From Lingula anatina (taxonomy: Eukaryota; Animalia; Brachiopoda), in assembly GCA_051362555.1 (NCBI GenBank), contig CM120642.1:22444001-22508000 (forward strand): DNA of 64,000 nt, written 5' to 3'. Positions 24,801 through 40,000 of the stretch are shown here, one piece after another; the stretch's first letter is position 1, and each line of letters begins with the position of its first letter. Position numbers and translations under genes: made by a program. Below the pieces are notes generated by a model. The model saw only the letters and a list, made by a program, of their open reading frames with translations. It made no database searches and was not told the DNA's origin.

Positions 24801-27800
24801 TCATGCATGTTTCACATCAGAAACATAGCTTCATTGAAAAATCATCTACATGTAAGTGACTCCCCTGCAGCTACTATTCTAAATGCCATTATTACATCTC
24901 CACTACACTACTACATTTCTCTTCCTTACAGATGTCCATAAGAAAAACTAAAACATCTGATAATTTTATCTCATTAACATTATCTGAAACATAAATAAAA
25001 GTCTATATAATATTTGTAATTATAATATTTTTCATACTTTGAACGAGTGTGTGAATGGTGTTTGTCCATACCCATTTTTTAAAACTTAATTGACAATTAA
25101 TCTCTGCATATGAAACAAAAAAGTAACATTTTGTTATTGCAGAGACAAGAAAATTCTTGAGATCATGCATGCTACTGTGATGCAGACAGATACTGATGAT
25201 TGGAATATGTTCAGGCGCATATCACACAGCCTGTATATAATATTTCCAATCTAATTTAATAGTTGAACTAGAGGATCCAGGTATTGTACCACCAGCTGGA
25301 ATAAGTACATTCGTATGGAAAATCAAAAAAAGAGACACTACCTCCAGTGTTTTGCTTGACAAGCTCTGCAAAATGCAGTAAACAAGAGTTCTCAATATTT
25401 TTGTGGAAAATTACCATTTAAAACAAAATCATGAGGAAAAGTAGTTTAAATCCAAATTTGTGAAGTGTGCTTCACAAGCCAATTTCAAGATTGGTTATAT
25501 TGCCAGTATACGATTTCCTATTCAAGTTCAAAAGTAACTATGGACCTATCTCTGACAGTTTTGGAGATGTAAGGGACTAAAATGTTGCAAAGTTCAGTTC
25601 ATAGTGAAAGTATGTCAAGGGTCAATTTCAAGGTCACATTTAGATTGCCAGTATATATCTTCCTATTCAAGTTCTATTGTAACTTTGGACATATCTCTGC
25701 CAGTTTTGGAGATACACGGGATGGAAAATTTGCAAAGCCAGCTGTTTCATGAAAAGTAGGTCAAAGGTCAATTTCTAGGTCAAATTTAGATTGCCAGTAT
25801 ATATCTTCCTGTTCAAGTTTAAGTAACTATGGGTCTATTTCTGCCAGTTTTGAAAATAAAAGGGACTAAAATTTGATAATTTTGGAGTTGCAGTAATGTG
25901 CCATAAATTACGTACAGAAGAGATTAATTGAAATAACGAAAAGATTGTTTTGGTCAAAATGAAATGGAAGGTGCTGATAAATTCCAGAAGTTCGAATATT
26001 ATGGAATTCTGTCATTTTGACCAGAAGTTGTTTGTCCCTCGCCAAGCCTTATGCTATCTTTTCCCCGGCGTTCAATATTTCCTGGCATTTTACCGCATTT
26101 CACATTTTATTTTCATCACCACCTTGAACTTTTTGATGAAGCACAACTCGTAAACCATATGGACAACAAAAACGGGCACCACTTTCAGTGTTATGCTTGA
26201 CAAGCTCTACAAAATGCAAAAAATAAAAGGTCTCCAGCATTTAGGGTTCCTGAATAAGAGAGTTTTCAGTTTCGGCATCTTATGGCTGCTACTCCTGTGA
26301 AAATGCACCGATTGACCCCAAACTCAAAAAGATGAAAGGAGTCCCTAATTGTAACCCCTCAATAAAATATGAAAGCTTAGGTCTATGTAGTTTCTGAAAA
26401 ATTAGCACAAACAAATATTTTTTTCAGAAATTACCATTTTTAGAAAATTTTGACCCATTTGACCTTGAAATAAAGGTCAAAAGTCAAATCAAAGGGCATG
26501 TTTGGGATCTCCACATATGACTTTCAGTCAGACTTCTATAGTAATTTTTCCTATAATTCCTTCAGTTTGGGAGATATCTTTCATTGAATTTTCAAAAATT
26601 TTGACAAGGGTTTGTTTCAACAAGCGTGATGCCCAGGTCAATGCACCGACAGAGTAAAAAACCAGGGGGTTCAAGTTGAGATAATATGTGACCTAAATCC
26701 AAGAAATGGGGACACAGACCCTTGCGGTCTAGGAGAAGCAGTAATGGTGACTCGTGTCCCACGCTATCCTGCAGAGCTGGTGGAGTCGCAGGAGCTGTAC
26801 AAGATGGGACAGGACTAAAACCAGGAGTACCGTCAGTGTACACACGTAGTACTAATAACTGTAATCCAGCCAGCCTGAATATATCCAGCTTACCTTTTAC
26901 CCAGTGTTACCCCAGCCAATTTGATGAGTGCCCTCATGCAGGAGTTGGTGAGCAATGTATTTTCATCAAAGTCAGCACCCTGGTCATAGCTTTCAACCTA
27001 GAATTAGGACATGAATAGCAGGTCAGCACATGGAATAAATGGGTCATTACCTTTAAGGGCTAAAACAAAAGTCAGTTGTTAATTAATTGAAACCATTGGA
27101 AACTTGGTATAAAATCAAGCAATATTTTTTACAGAAATTGACAGTTTGGCCAGAAATGACAAATATAACCTAACAAAATTTATCTACAGATATTGTTCTG
27201 GTTGCTTTCTCTCAAGTTCTGCCCAACATTGCAAAAATTCACCATTATATACCTCTAGCCCACAGAGCTTCACATTTGTTACTGAAAAGTTACCAAAACC
27301 TGGTGATTCTTGCAAGTGCTGTAGTCTTGTATAACAACACAAAATTCCGATAGCCTCATTTTAGGTTATCGATTTCCAATCAGACAAAGTCATCAATGAT
27401 ACTATGGGAGGCTTGTCTCATATTTATATGATGTATAATAGTTTCTTATCAATGTAGAAATAGTTCTACAAAATTAATAGAATGTTTGAGGAAAGTTAAT
27501 GTAAAATAACTGGATAAAATATCAGATATATAAACAACATAGCAATTATATAGATATTTAAGTGACATAGTGTAGGATTCTAAATATTTTAAGCACATAA
27601 ACCACTTCCTGTTGAACTTGTTGAAATATAGTCTGTCTGTAGGATATTTTGTGCGAAAAATGCGAAATAATTGTATTCCCTTAGGCTTCAGTCACTGTAG
27701 TAGACTGAATAATGCCACTTACTGCTCTTGATATAATGAATGTCTGTAAATTTGCTGATGGTAATCTAACTTCTTTGGACACAATATATCCCAGTTTGCA

Positions 27801-28008
27801 TGATGAAATTACCAACACTTTGTCCTCTATTCAAACGGACACATAAGTCATTCTTCGTGGAAAATGTTTGCAGGACTCAGAATTTATTTCCCCAATTCAA
27901 AAACCACAAGGCATTGTTTTCTGCCTAAGATACATTGGCTTAACATCAACTACAGTAAAGCAAGGTGTATCAAGTCTTGCTGATGCATATTTCAAGCAAC
28001 AACAACAA

Positions 28009-28062
<54 letters not shown>

Positions 28063-31000
28063 TACATGTAAAAGCAGTAATAAGGGGAACATCACCAATA
28101 TACTTTCCAAAATATCATTAGAAAATTAATGCTTATGATTGAAACGATCCCCACACTTAACAAAACAGTCACTGTCAAACATAAATATGGTTTAGTACAA
28201 GTTTACAGGCTGGACAGACTTGCCAGACGACAAGGGCAGCAGCACAGACAAACAGATTAGAATGTTTTATAAACAGACAAAAACACGGTCTATGAATAAT
28301 AATGTTGCATCTGGTATGACATTTTTATAATTTCAGTGCATTAGTTGTAACAACCTGTTCTACAACAAATTGTGCATGTCGAAGTAGTGTGTCCTCAGTA
28401 AAGCATCCACAACCCTTGGGCGGCACTGTATTCTGCAATATAGAAGAAAATTAAACTAGAGGATCAGAGAGGCGATACCGCCTCCGGATATTGTACCACC
28501 AGCTGGAGTAAGCGCATTCGTATGGACCCCCCCACCCCTCCAAAAAGGGACACCATCACCAGTCTTGTGCTTGACAAGCTCTATAAGATGCAATCAATAA
28601 GAGTTCTCAAAATATGCAAAAAAATATAACTAAAAATGGTATAATCAAGCAGATTTTCGAATTGACTTACATCTTCCTACCACTGATCACTCCTGTATTC
28701 TCTAGACAAAAGGCCTATTGGTTTTCCTTGAAAAGTGTTGTCAATGGTGCATATATGCTGACAAAAGAGAAAACCTAGGGGCAACAAGGGGCACATCTCT
28801 GCTAGTTTTAAAGATATGAGAGGCAAGAAAATATGCAAAGCTCAGTTCATGGTGAAAAAGTAGGTCAAAGGTCAATTTCAATATCATAGTATATGAATTT
28901 CTATTCAAGTTCAATAGCAACCATGGGTATTTGTTTGCCAATTTTGCAGATTTAAAGGCCTGAAAACATGCAAAAAGCAGTTCATCATAAAAAGTAGGTC
29001 AAAGGTCAATTTCAAGGTCACAGATTGCTAGTGTATTACTTCCTATTCAAGTTCAATAGTAACTATGGACCCATCTCTGTCAGTTTTGGAGATAAAGGAG
29101 AAAGAAAATTTGCAAAGTTCAGTTCATAGTAAAAAGATGGTCAAAGGTCAATTTTAAGGTCACAGTAAATTGCCAGTGTATGACTTACTACTTAAGTTCA
29201 ATAGTAACTATGGACCTCTATCTGCCAGTTTTGATGATAAAACGGAAAGAAAATTTGCAAAGTTCAATTCATGATGAAAAGTAGGTCAAAGGTCAATTTC
29301 AAGGTCACACTTAGATTGCCAGTATATGACTTCCTATTCAAGTTCAATAGTAACTATGGACCTATCTCTGCCAGTTTTGGAGATAAGGCCACACTTTTTT
29401 AATTTTATGGATGACATCCTGCGCGCGCACGGATTTTCGCCCGTTCTCCAAAAAAAAAAAAAAAAAAAAAAAAGCCCCCCCCAGCCCCCAACGAAGTCGG
29501 TTGTCGCAAACGTTGTTATTGAATTTGCAAGGAAATGAGCTTTCTGCGCATGCGTATTTTCGCCACGTGGAAATGCGGCCACTTTGCTGTCAAATTCATC
29601 TCTAGGATTACTTTCAAATTACACAACAATAAAAGTCATAAAGAGAATGGGCGCCATCGTTTTGGATTGGTATGCCATTGATATTGGGCATGGAGATATC
29701 ACCTTTTTACAATTGTGCGAAAGGCTGGCGGCAGCCGAAAAATTTCTGTGACATTCTGTATAAAGCAGCACATTAATACCAGGTTTCCTGTAGCAAAAAA
29801 AGGGTCGACAAGGGCGTCGAGGTATTTGGTGGGCTGAAGGTCGGACAGGCCACCTGACACATAAGCTGCTTCGTGTGAGTTGAAGTTGACAAAATGGCAT
29901 CGTCTGAAATGACCTTTAATAGATTTGGTAGTATTAAGCATATCTTTGCATCATTTTTTAAACATTTCTGTGAAGTGTTCAAAATGTTTTAATATTCTGA
30001 GAATACAAATAAAGACACACTGTTTGATTGATATTTGTTTTATTGATTGCTATACCAAATGAATGCATGAAATAACCTTAAATAGATTTGGTAATATGAA
30101 GTATATCAATTCATGACTTTTTTTACATTTCTACGAAGTATTCACAATGCTTTAATATTTTGAGAGCAAGGATAAAGACATATTGTTAGTTTGATACGTG
30201 TTTCTGTGGTTAAATTTGTGTTTCCAGCTGTGTACTGACAGCATTCCTTTACTTAAGCAGTTTTTTTTTTTTTGGACTGTTTTTTTTTTTTTTCGCCCTC
30301 TCGCACCGATTTTGGGGTACTCAGAGGATGTCATCCATAAAAATAAAAAAGTGTGGCCTAAAAGGGAATGAAAATTTGCAAAGTTCAGTTCATGGTGACA
30401 AGTAGGTCAAAGGTCAATTTAAAGGTCACAGTAAATTGCCTCTAATGACTTTGTATTCAAATTCAATAGTAACTATGGGCGTATCTTTGCCAGTTTTGGA
30501 GATAAAAGGGAACAAAAATTCGCAAAGTTCAGTTCATGGTAAAAAGTAGGTCAAAGGTCAAATTTAAGGTCACAGTAAATTGCCAGTATATGACTTCCTA
30601 TTCAACTTCAATAGTAACTATGAACCTATCTCTGCCAGTTTTGGAGATAAAAGGGAACGGAAATTTGCAAAGTTCAATTCATGATGAAAAGTAGGTCAAA
30701 GGTCAATTTTATGGTCACTGTTAAATTGCCAGTATGTGACATCCTATTCAACTTTATTAGTAACTATTGACCTATCTCTGCCAGTTTTGGAGATATAATG
30801 TTACAATTCTGAGTTACAATAATGTGCCACTACAATGTACTTTTTAATACAGCATAACATGAAAACCGTATGAAATACAAAAAAACGGAGACCATATGCA
30901 ATGTTGGGCTTTACATGCTCTACAAAATGCAAAAAAGAACGGGTCGCTAGCATTAACGGTTCCCGAATTAGAGACAGTTTTCAGTTTCGGTATCTTATGG

Positions 31001-34000
31001 CCGCTTCTCCCGTGAAAATGCACCGATTGACCCCAAATTCACAGAGATGAAAGATGACCCAAAGGGGAACACTTTCCAATAATATTATTGGTTAAGTCTG
31101 TGTAGTGTCTGAATAACAGCAAAAATAATTTTTTTTTGTAAAAAATTTCATTTTTTTGAAAATTTTGGCCCGTTTGACCTTGAAATAAAGGTCAAAGGTC
31201 AAATCCAAGGGCATATTTGAAATCTACACATATGACTTTTGGAAAGCCGTCTTAGAAATTTTTCCCATAATTCCTTCCGTAGGGTAGATAATTGGCATTG
31301 AATTTTCAAAAATTTTGACAAGGGTGCATTTCAACGAGCGTCACGCCCAGGTCAATGCACCGACTGAGACAAAAAAACTTGGGGGTTCAAGTTGAGGTTA
31401 TATGTGACCTAAATCCAAGAGATGGGGACAGGGGTCCTTGCGGTCTAGGAGGAGAAGCGGTAACGGTGACTTGTATCCGGCGCCAGTACGCGGAGCCGGC
31501 GGAGCTTACGGAGCCAACGGAGCCGGCGGAGCCGCAGGAGCCGGCGGAGCCGGACGAGACGGGTCGGGACTAAAACCATGAGTACCGCCAGCGTACACGC
31601 TGGTGGTACTAAATATAGTGTCACACATAGATTGTTATGAATATTACTATAACCACATGAAAGCCACAAATAGTGAGAAAACTGAGCAAAGTCCCTGATA
31701 AATTTTCCTAAATTAAAAAAAATTGGTCACTTTTCTTGGCAAGTTTTGATATATGAGAAGAAATTGAAGCTTTATAAGTATTCTTTAAAAATTCTGCATA
31801 AAAATTTATATTCTGCATATTCTACAAAGGCTGACCTGCAGTTTATTCAGAAGATCCTCATATGTTGCATCCTGGTTGTTAGCCAGAAACTCTATCACCA
31901 TCTTACTCATAAAGATTTTCTCTTGCAGGGCATTCATGATGGGGGCATAGGCCTCACTGGGATCCATCAGAAAGTAATCGGCAAATGCTGCAAGAATCAA
32001 AATCAATCATTTGTTATTTTCCTATCATGTTTCTCTTCAGTTGATGGGAGGCTCTGAACTGGGTATTGCAGCTTTTGGTTTAAGTACGCTGTGCTGTAAT
32101 TCTATTTACAATGGGCCAAGATCTACATTGTAACAAAGCAGTAAAGCTGTCAAACATACAGACTTAAAGCAATAAATAAAGATACACAAAATAGGTTGTT
32201 TTGTCAATTTTGATGCAATGATCAATCATAGTTAAGAGCACTGTTAATCAACACCAAGTATTAATCATGCACAACAGGTAACAATGCACAATAAAACAAG
32301 GCAGCAAAGCTGTCAAATGTACAGACAAAAAGCAGACAAAAACAATGCACAAAATAGGCTACTGTCAATTCTGATGCAAAAGTGCAATATGCTTAACTGC
32401 AAATTCAACATCAAATTTTACTTATGCTCAACAGGTAATACCAATGAAATTAAAAGCATCAGGCTTCAGGCCCATGAGAGTTCAAGTTCACACTTGCAAA
32501 ATGCCAGAATGAAAAAAATTCACAAAAAATAAATAAATAAATAAATATATAAAATAAAATAAAATAATTAAAAAAAAGAATAAATTCAATGAAAATGATA
32601 ATCCATTAGAGCCGGTTTTCTTATTTGAGCTGTATGTCAATCCTAAGAATCTTTCTTGTAAGTTTAAAAAAATAATAAGTAACATAGTTTTCCTTTTATA
32701 ACATTTATGGTGACAGTGCACAAAGTAGGTTTTTTGTCATTTTGATGCAATATTACATAATTAACTGTATAAATACCATCAGTTTTTAATTATCTACCAC
32801 TCATAACATGGACATTTAGAAAAATTGATTAGTACTGGGCTTCATGCCCATGGGAGTTCCAAGTCCAAGTCCTGCGAGTTTAAAGCAAAATATGACATGG
32901 TTTTCATTTATTTGTATAACAGTGGACATAATATGCTGAAAAAAGCAACAAAAACAGCACATCTCAGGAAAAACGGTCCAATCTAGTCAATTTTCAAACT
33001 GGGCCTGTATTATACAAATATTTATCAGTTTGAAGACAAAAGGTATAACGGTTTTCATTTTATTTGTATAACGGTGAATAAAATATGCTAAGAAAGAGCA
33101 AAAAAAGAAAATAGCAAAACATTCAAAATTATAAGATCAGGCCAATTTTTGAACTTCACCTGACAGGTAAAAATGTTAGTTTATCATACCTGTGGTAAAA
33201 CCAACCAGTGCATGTTCCCCTCCATCAAATCCTGCTGTCCACCACTCATTGATTGGGCCCATCTTGGTTGTTGGGATGCCACCTGGTAGTAACAAAGTTG
33301 TATAAATATGGCAACTCACTGTATTATACAAACTACTTGATCATCTCAGAGACACTTCAAAAGGTGTGATTAAATGTCAGTGATAAAAGATTCTACAGGA
33401 ATTTGGTAGTAAAACACACTTGACTTGTTAGTTAGAGATATTGGTAAAAGATCACAGAGGCAATACTGCCTCCTGGTAGGGTACTACCAGTGGGAGTAAG
33501 CGCATTCAAGTTGAAAGGAAGGTATGCATGTATGTGTGTTAGTTGTAGAGAAGTATGGTTGGGTAAATGATGTGAGAGTTTTATGGGGAGAAGAAGGATA
33601 AAGGTCTAATTCAAGAGTAGATATGTTTCCAAAAGGTTTCATATAGTGGCCCACAACTTCCAGATATAGTTTGCTTTCCTACAATTAGTATTGACCTTAA
33701 GTTATTCATATGGGGGGAAACAACTTTTAGGTACACTTTTTCCATAAAGAATATGCATACCAAATAATGAATAAAAGTGAGAAATGTTAGGAAGGTCTGT
33801 GGGCCCATAATTATAGTGTGCTAACTGCAGTTTCACTGGTTAAAAAAGATTATTATAATAATAATGACTTGTGGCTTTCTTGGATTACCTTTGGATATAA
33901 TTATTAATCTATACTAGGCCAAAAATGTTAGTAATCATGAATTTCTTTTTCAATTATTAAGAAATTATGTAATATTGTAGGAAAATCTTCATTATAATAA

Positions 34001-37000
34001 ATAAGTAACGAATGGTGGTTGCATTATCCATCAATATTTGGTTAAAATATTTACCTTAGCTAATATGGTTATTATATAATTATTCAAAATAACAATGTAA
34101 CTGAACTCTTTTGGTTAAGTGTATAATAGTCATGCTTTTCACAATGGGAATTGAAATAAATTAATGCTTTGACTTTTGGACATTATAAGTTCAAACTGAA
34201 CTGCTGTACTACCACTTCAACAGTTAATCATAGATCCTTATACTGTAATAAAGAAGATAATTCAAAAGTTAAACAGCAGAAAACTAAAGTTACCTTCAAT
34301 GCTGGGATTTTCATCATAGATAGGTTTAACATATCCACTGAAGTATAGCTCCTTGTTTTTCTCTATCATGCCAGTGTCAAAAGGGCATAAATGGGTGTTC
34401 TTGTCATAAACACTGAAAGAAAAACAATGTGTATAGTTCAATTACAGTGCAGCGAGTAATAACATTATGCATTTATATAATTTTTTACATAAAATTAGAA
34501 AAAAAAAAGATTTTTATTGCAAAAGTATAGGAAAAATAGGAGTATAGACTCCTGCTTTATTCTCACCCTTGGTGACACAGAATTTGAAATAGAAGGGTGC
34601 CGATGGGTAGCCATTACATATCCCTGCAATTCCTCAAATAGTAAGGAGTAGCTCACATTCAAGGACCCTATTAATCATCAATGACAATGCTAGGGTCCTA
34701 TTATGTATACTTATTGGAAACAATCTTAATCATAACAGCACGTGGTATGGACTTGTACAATGTGCAAAAAATTTATTAGATCAAAAATAGTTCGCCTAAG
34801 GACAGCCCAACACCAAGGGGTGCTAAATTTTGTAAAATGCAGTGTCTGTGTTGATATGTCTGCCAATACCTTAGGCTTAAACTCCCTAATTTATCTGGGA
34901 GTTAGAATTGATCTAGGATTTAGAAAAAATTACAATGTGGAAATATAGGCCCATCAATTCCCAGAATTTGAACTTCCCGGTATGATAGGAATTAAGAGAA
35001 ATTACCATTTGAAAAGAATTAAGAATTGACCATCCCTCATGAATATCCCAACCTCCTGGCATACTAAAATTCTCAAGTGCCCATGCAAAAGGTCTACAAA
35101 TCCCCAAAGTGTCAACTTCCTAACTCTAATGGTCTAGGAGTTGGCAGAAATTACAATGTAAAAAGAATGAAGAATCAACCACCCCCAGGGACAGCCCAAC
35201 CATCTGTTGCACTATAATTAATTCAGTGGACACCGAATATGCTCATCTTGTCCAACACATGTAAACGCTATAATTTTGAAGTTTTTGACCAATCCTGTCT
35301 TCAACCTTAAAATAATAAATAATTTCACTTTTTCAGACATAACTTTCAGATAACATAAAACCATGTTATGAAACTTCCTGAGGCTAATTACCTGAAATTG
35401 GTAACCTTGTGCTGAGGTCGTTCATCATAGCTGTGGATTTCTTCCTCTTCTCCAGTGAATAACGACAAGTTTGGGTCTGTCAGGGTCACAAATTCTTCTC
35501 TCTGAAATCAGAATTGAACTTCAAATTTACATCAGGAATTCCTCACTTTATTATGCCAATGGCAACATGTTAAAGCTGTAGGCAGGTAAACGGTAAACCT
35601 AGCTAAGGTTTTAGTGCAAATGTTATCAAAATATTAAAAACTGTGACAACTCAAGGAAGCCGATTCTCAAAAATACACTAGAGCCGTAATCAAGTTATAA
35701 TTGCTAGCCTATTTGGGCCCATTAATCTGCAAATTTCAATATACTAAGTGATATAATTGATATTGGACCAGAAGCTAGTGCATTTAGTCATGACTGGACA
35801 AAACTGCTTAAAGCAATGAGATCCCATCAAAAATTCAAGTTTTGAATAAGTTATAATTAAAATAGACGTCTGTTTTTAATTAGCTTTTATCTCCACAAGC
35901 ACTGTAGTAAATATCAGAAAATACATAAGGGAGACAAACTAACAGCATCATCTGGATCCCCAAGAAACAGTTTTAAATCTGGATCCTGCAACAGCTGACT
36001 GCATTCTTTACACTTCAACGGAGTTTGTTTGCAGGCTTTTGTGTTAAGTAATTCCTTTACTTCTTCTGGCTTCTCAGCCCTACATCTGCAAAAAGTAAAC
36101 AACATTTCCTTTATTAGCTACCTGCCCATTGTATTTGCAAATAAGATTAAAATCATTCAAATAATCATAAATTTAAAGCTTAATGTTAAAGTATAAATTG
36201 GATTATAAACTCAAAAAGTCGATGTTAAGAGGCTATACAAGCTCCAGGTGTACTTGACCATATAAGGTTCCACATGTTTCCTGGCATACTGTTTTTACTG
36301 TTACTTCTAATTTGGAAAGTGTAAATGTGTGTATGTGTTCTCAATCTCAACATATAAGTGCATTTAACTTTTTTATCTGATTAAAAGAAAGCTAGCAGAA
36401 GAATTATTTGTCCAAGTGGTACTTACATCTATTACAGTCTATCAACTTAAAAAACAAAAATAACAATCACCAGATTTATCTGTTCTCACACACACACACA
36501 AAAAACATTAAATTTAAACATTCATTCCTGTAGCTCACACCTACGTCATATTTTCTAATTAATCTAGTTTTTTACGGAAGCAGAAAATCTGAAACTTGTC
36601 AGGGAGCAAGTATGAGGCCAAACATCTCACAAAATGTATTGGATGTTCATTTTAAATAACTCATTAATAGCTCGCCTCTACTTTCAATGTGTTGCATTAC
36701 TTGTGCAGGTCATCATTTTCAGTTGTTTAAATTTTTGTATTTTAGTCATTAATAAAATCTTCATTTTTTTTTTTACATTCATGATTAGCCAGACCATATG
36801 TTGATAAGGTACAGGTGAATGTTTTATACAATATACAACATTTTCTAAGAATGCTTGCACGATTTGCAAAAATCGTACCAGGCAATGATTGTGAAAAAAT
36901 ATACTCAGGGTTGAGGACAAAATATGTCAGTAAAACTAAAAGATCAGAGGCGATACTGCCTCCTAGTATTATACCACCAGTGGGAGGAAGTGCACTGAAG

Positions 37001-40000
37001 TTGAAGAGAAGGTTTTGATGTTTGTGTGTTAGTTGTAGAGGAAAGTGTGTCAAAGGTCAAATACGAGGTCACAGTAAGATTGTGAATATACGATTTCCTA
37101 TTCAAGTTCAATACTAATCATAACCATGAGTGTATCCCTTATCAGATTTAGAGATATAAGGGTTAGAAAAATTGCTAAGTCCAGTTTGTGGTGAAAAGTA
37201 GGTCAATGGTCAAATTCAAGGTCACAGTATGATTACCACTATATGACTTCCTGTTCAAATTCAGTAGTAATTATGGGTGGGTCCCTGCCTGTTTTGGAGT
37301 ATTTCATATTTTATTTTCACCAGTGAGCATTGCAAAAGCATAATTTTTGTAAAAGCCTAGCCCCTGAACGTATGGAAAAAGAAATGTGTTGCACTTGACA
37401 AGCTGAAAGAAGAGGTCTGTAGCTCTTAAGGTTCCAGAATTAGGGAGTTACTAATCTGGACAATTTCCCCATACTAGCAAGGCATGGATTTTTTGATTTT
37501 CCATGAATTACACAAAATGCTAGATTAATCATTTTCTGTCACCAGAGTCTTAGAAAAAGTAGAATTCCATAACATATGTTTAACTTCATATTTCACTTTT
37601 CTGTTTTCTTCAAATGGACCAATATATTGAGAATGAGTGAGAGTCAAAACTCACCTGAGTATTTTGGCTCCATCTTTATCATCTCCATCTGCACTACCAT
37701 TACCACCATCTTCAGTCTTTATTCTTTTCTCCTCTTGACTCCCACTATCATTTGACTCTGAATCATTTTTGATCTCTGACAATTTTCTTTTATTAACCCT
37801 AAGTTTAAACAACAAATAATTATGATCATGATATTCTAGTTGATGGATGCCCTCTAAATTTTTAGATTGACAAAAATGGCGGCACATAAATAGACATTAA
37901 ACAAAACATTCTATCAATGTTACATAATTTTAAGTTGACATTATCAATGAACAGTTCATATCACACTATCATTTTAAATTAGAAAGTCATGAGCAAACAT
38001 AAAGACATTGAACTTTGATATACATAGATAGCTAGACAGATAAATAGATAGTTACAGTATTAAGTGCCATTTCACGAGAGAATCAACCAAATAGCGGCAA
38101 GGTGGGGGTCAACAGATTCAACCCAAATTTTCTGTGTTTGATAACTGTAACAAAAGGTGTTGAAAACACACTTTAAAAAAATTCTGAAAATTCTGGAAAA
38201 AATAGATATTGCCATCTGAAATTTGGGGGTCCTGACTACACAAAATATCGTAACAAAAGTAGTGGAAGTTTGCTTGAGAATTCCATGAAGGATTTAACAT
38301 TTCAGCTTTAACTATTCACTTTTTCTAAGGATCCATGCCAAGACCTTTCGGGTGATGTGTGATTAAAATGTCAATCACGTTGCTATAGTAACGAATTTGG
38401 CCCGTAAAAAGAGGGACCAAAATCAAGGTCCAAATGTAGCACTCACAAATTGGCAAATTTAGCCTAACACGGCGTCGAATTTGAATAAAATAAGGCAATT
38501 CTTGCACAGTTAAGGTCTTGAGCTTTGTAATTACGCAATAAAAAATACTGCACCTTGTCAGGATACGTTGGGGTGGACGTCTAGAATGAGGGGTGTGAGC
38601 GGTGAGTTACGCGGTGGTTCATTTCTCTGGTACTGTTGAAATACGCCTGGTTTTTATTAATCGTACTTTTTGCTTATGTTAATACAAATGACAACACTCT
38701 AAATAGTTTTCCGAATGATTAGCGTCCTTGTTATTGGTTTCAAGACCAAGAAAATAGTTCGAAACTTACGTCCATAACTCTGCGTGCTTCCTCACAATCA
38801 ACATGGCGGAAAGATGTGGACACCGGTGTGAGAAGTCAATATTTTTGATGCAGAAAAGATAGCATGCGGACTTAATCATGTCTACAAATATCAGACGAGT
38901 TGTATCTTGCTTGGGGAGTGCACCAGACATGTTGAGAATCATTTACGAAATCTGAATGTGCTTTGCGTCCAGGGTCAAACCAAGGATGATAGGGAGCCCA
39001 TTCTTCAGACGCTCCGAGTGTGAGCTACTAAGCTTAACGGTATATTTCGACTAGGGACGGAATAGACTCAATCCAGAGAGTGCCAACACCCACTTCACAC
39101 AAAGAAAGGAAAATCCTTTGCTAACCAAGTGACTGGTGTCTAGATTTCCAAGGTTTGTTCGCCCCAGTCACTAGGCCTAAGGTACGAGGTAAATAAGATT
39201 CTGTGCCCTGCCTTTGCCTTAGATTCATCCTTTATATGGCTTATTAGTTTTATTGAAAAAAAAACTCTATTCGGCTTTTTATATGATTATATGCGTTTCT
39301 CTTTGAAAAATATTGTTTTTTAGTATTCCAATCAATGTTTGTTTCAATATCATTGATGTTTGTTGTAATAATTAGCTTGAAAGGTGTCTTTTATCATTGC
39401 TAGATAGGACCTTGCTAATAAAAAGCCTTTCATCTGGGTAAATTTCATAGTTTCCAGAAAATTATAAGCAAGGATATATTTGTAAAATTTATTTTCATTT
39501 TGTTTTTCAGATCTACTGAGTGGAGAAAGCCAGTTAGAACTGGGTTGCAGTTATATTTCTGCTAGATAAATCTGTCTGCCAGCTAAAAACAAACATGGAC
39601 AGCTTTGGAGAAATATTAGTTTAGATGTTGTTGGGTGCTACCACTGTGCTCCTACATTTTGTCCATAGTGATACCAGCTTTATATGAACAGACAGGCTTC
39701 TTTATTCAGCACAAACAGGCAAGGACAAATGTGAACAAAAATTGCTCCCCTTGAAGTCTCAAGAAATGATGAATAAAAAACAAAGAAGAAACTGTTCAAC
39801 AAGGATGCATGACTGAGTGTTCAGCAAATCATTGGTTATTTTTCGTGTTTTTAAAATCTGTTTATCTGGGGAGTTGGATTGATCTGTGTGGGATAATATT
39901 TTCATTGGGAACAAGCCATATGGCTGATGCAGAATGTAATATAAGCATGTAATATCAGCATCCCTATATGTAATGCTCCAAAGTGTATCCATTTTTAACT

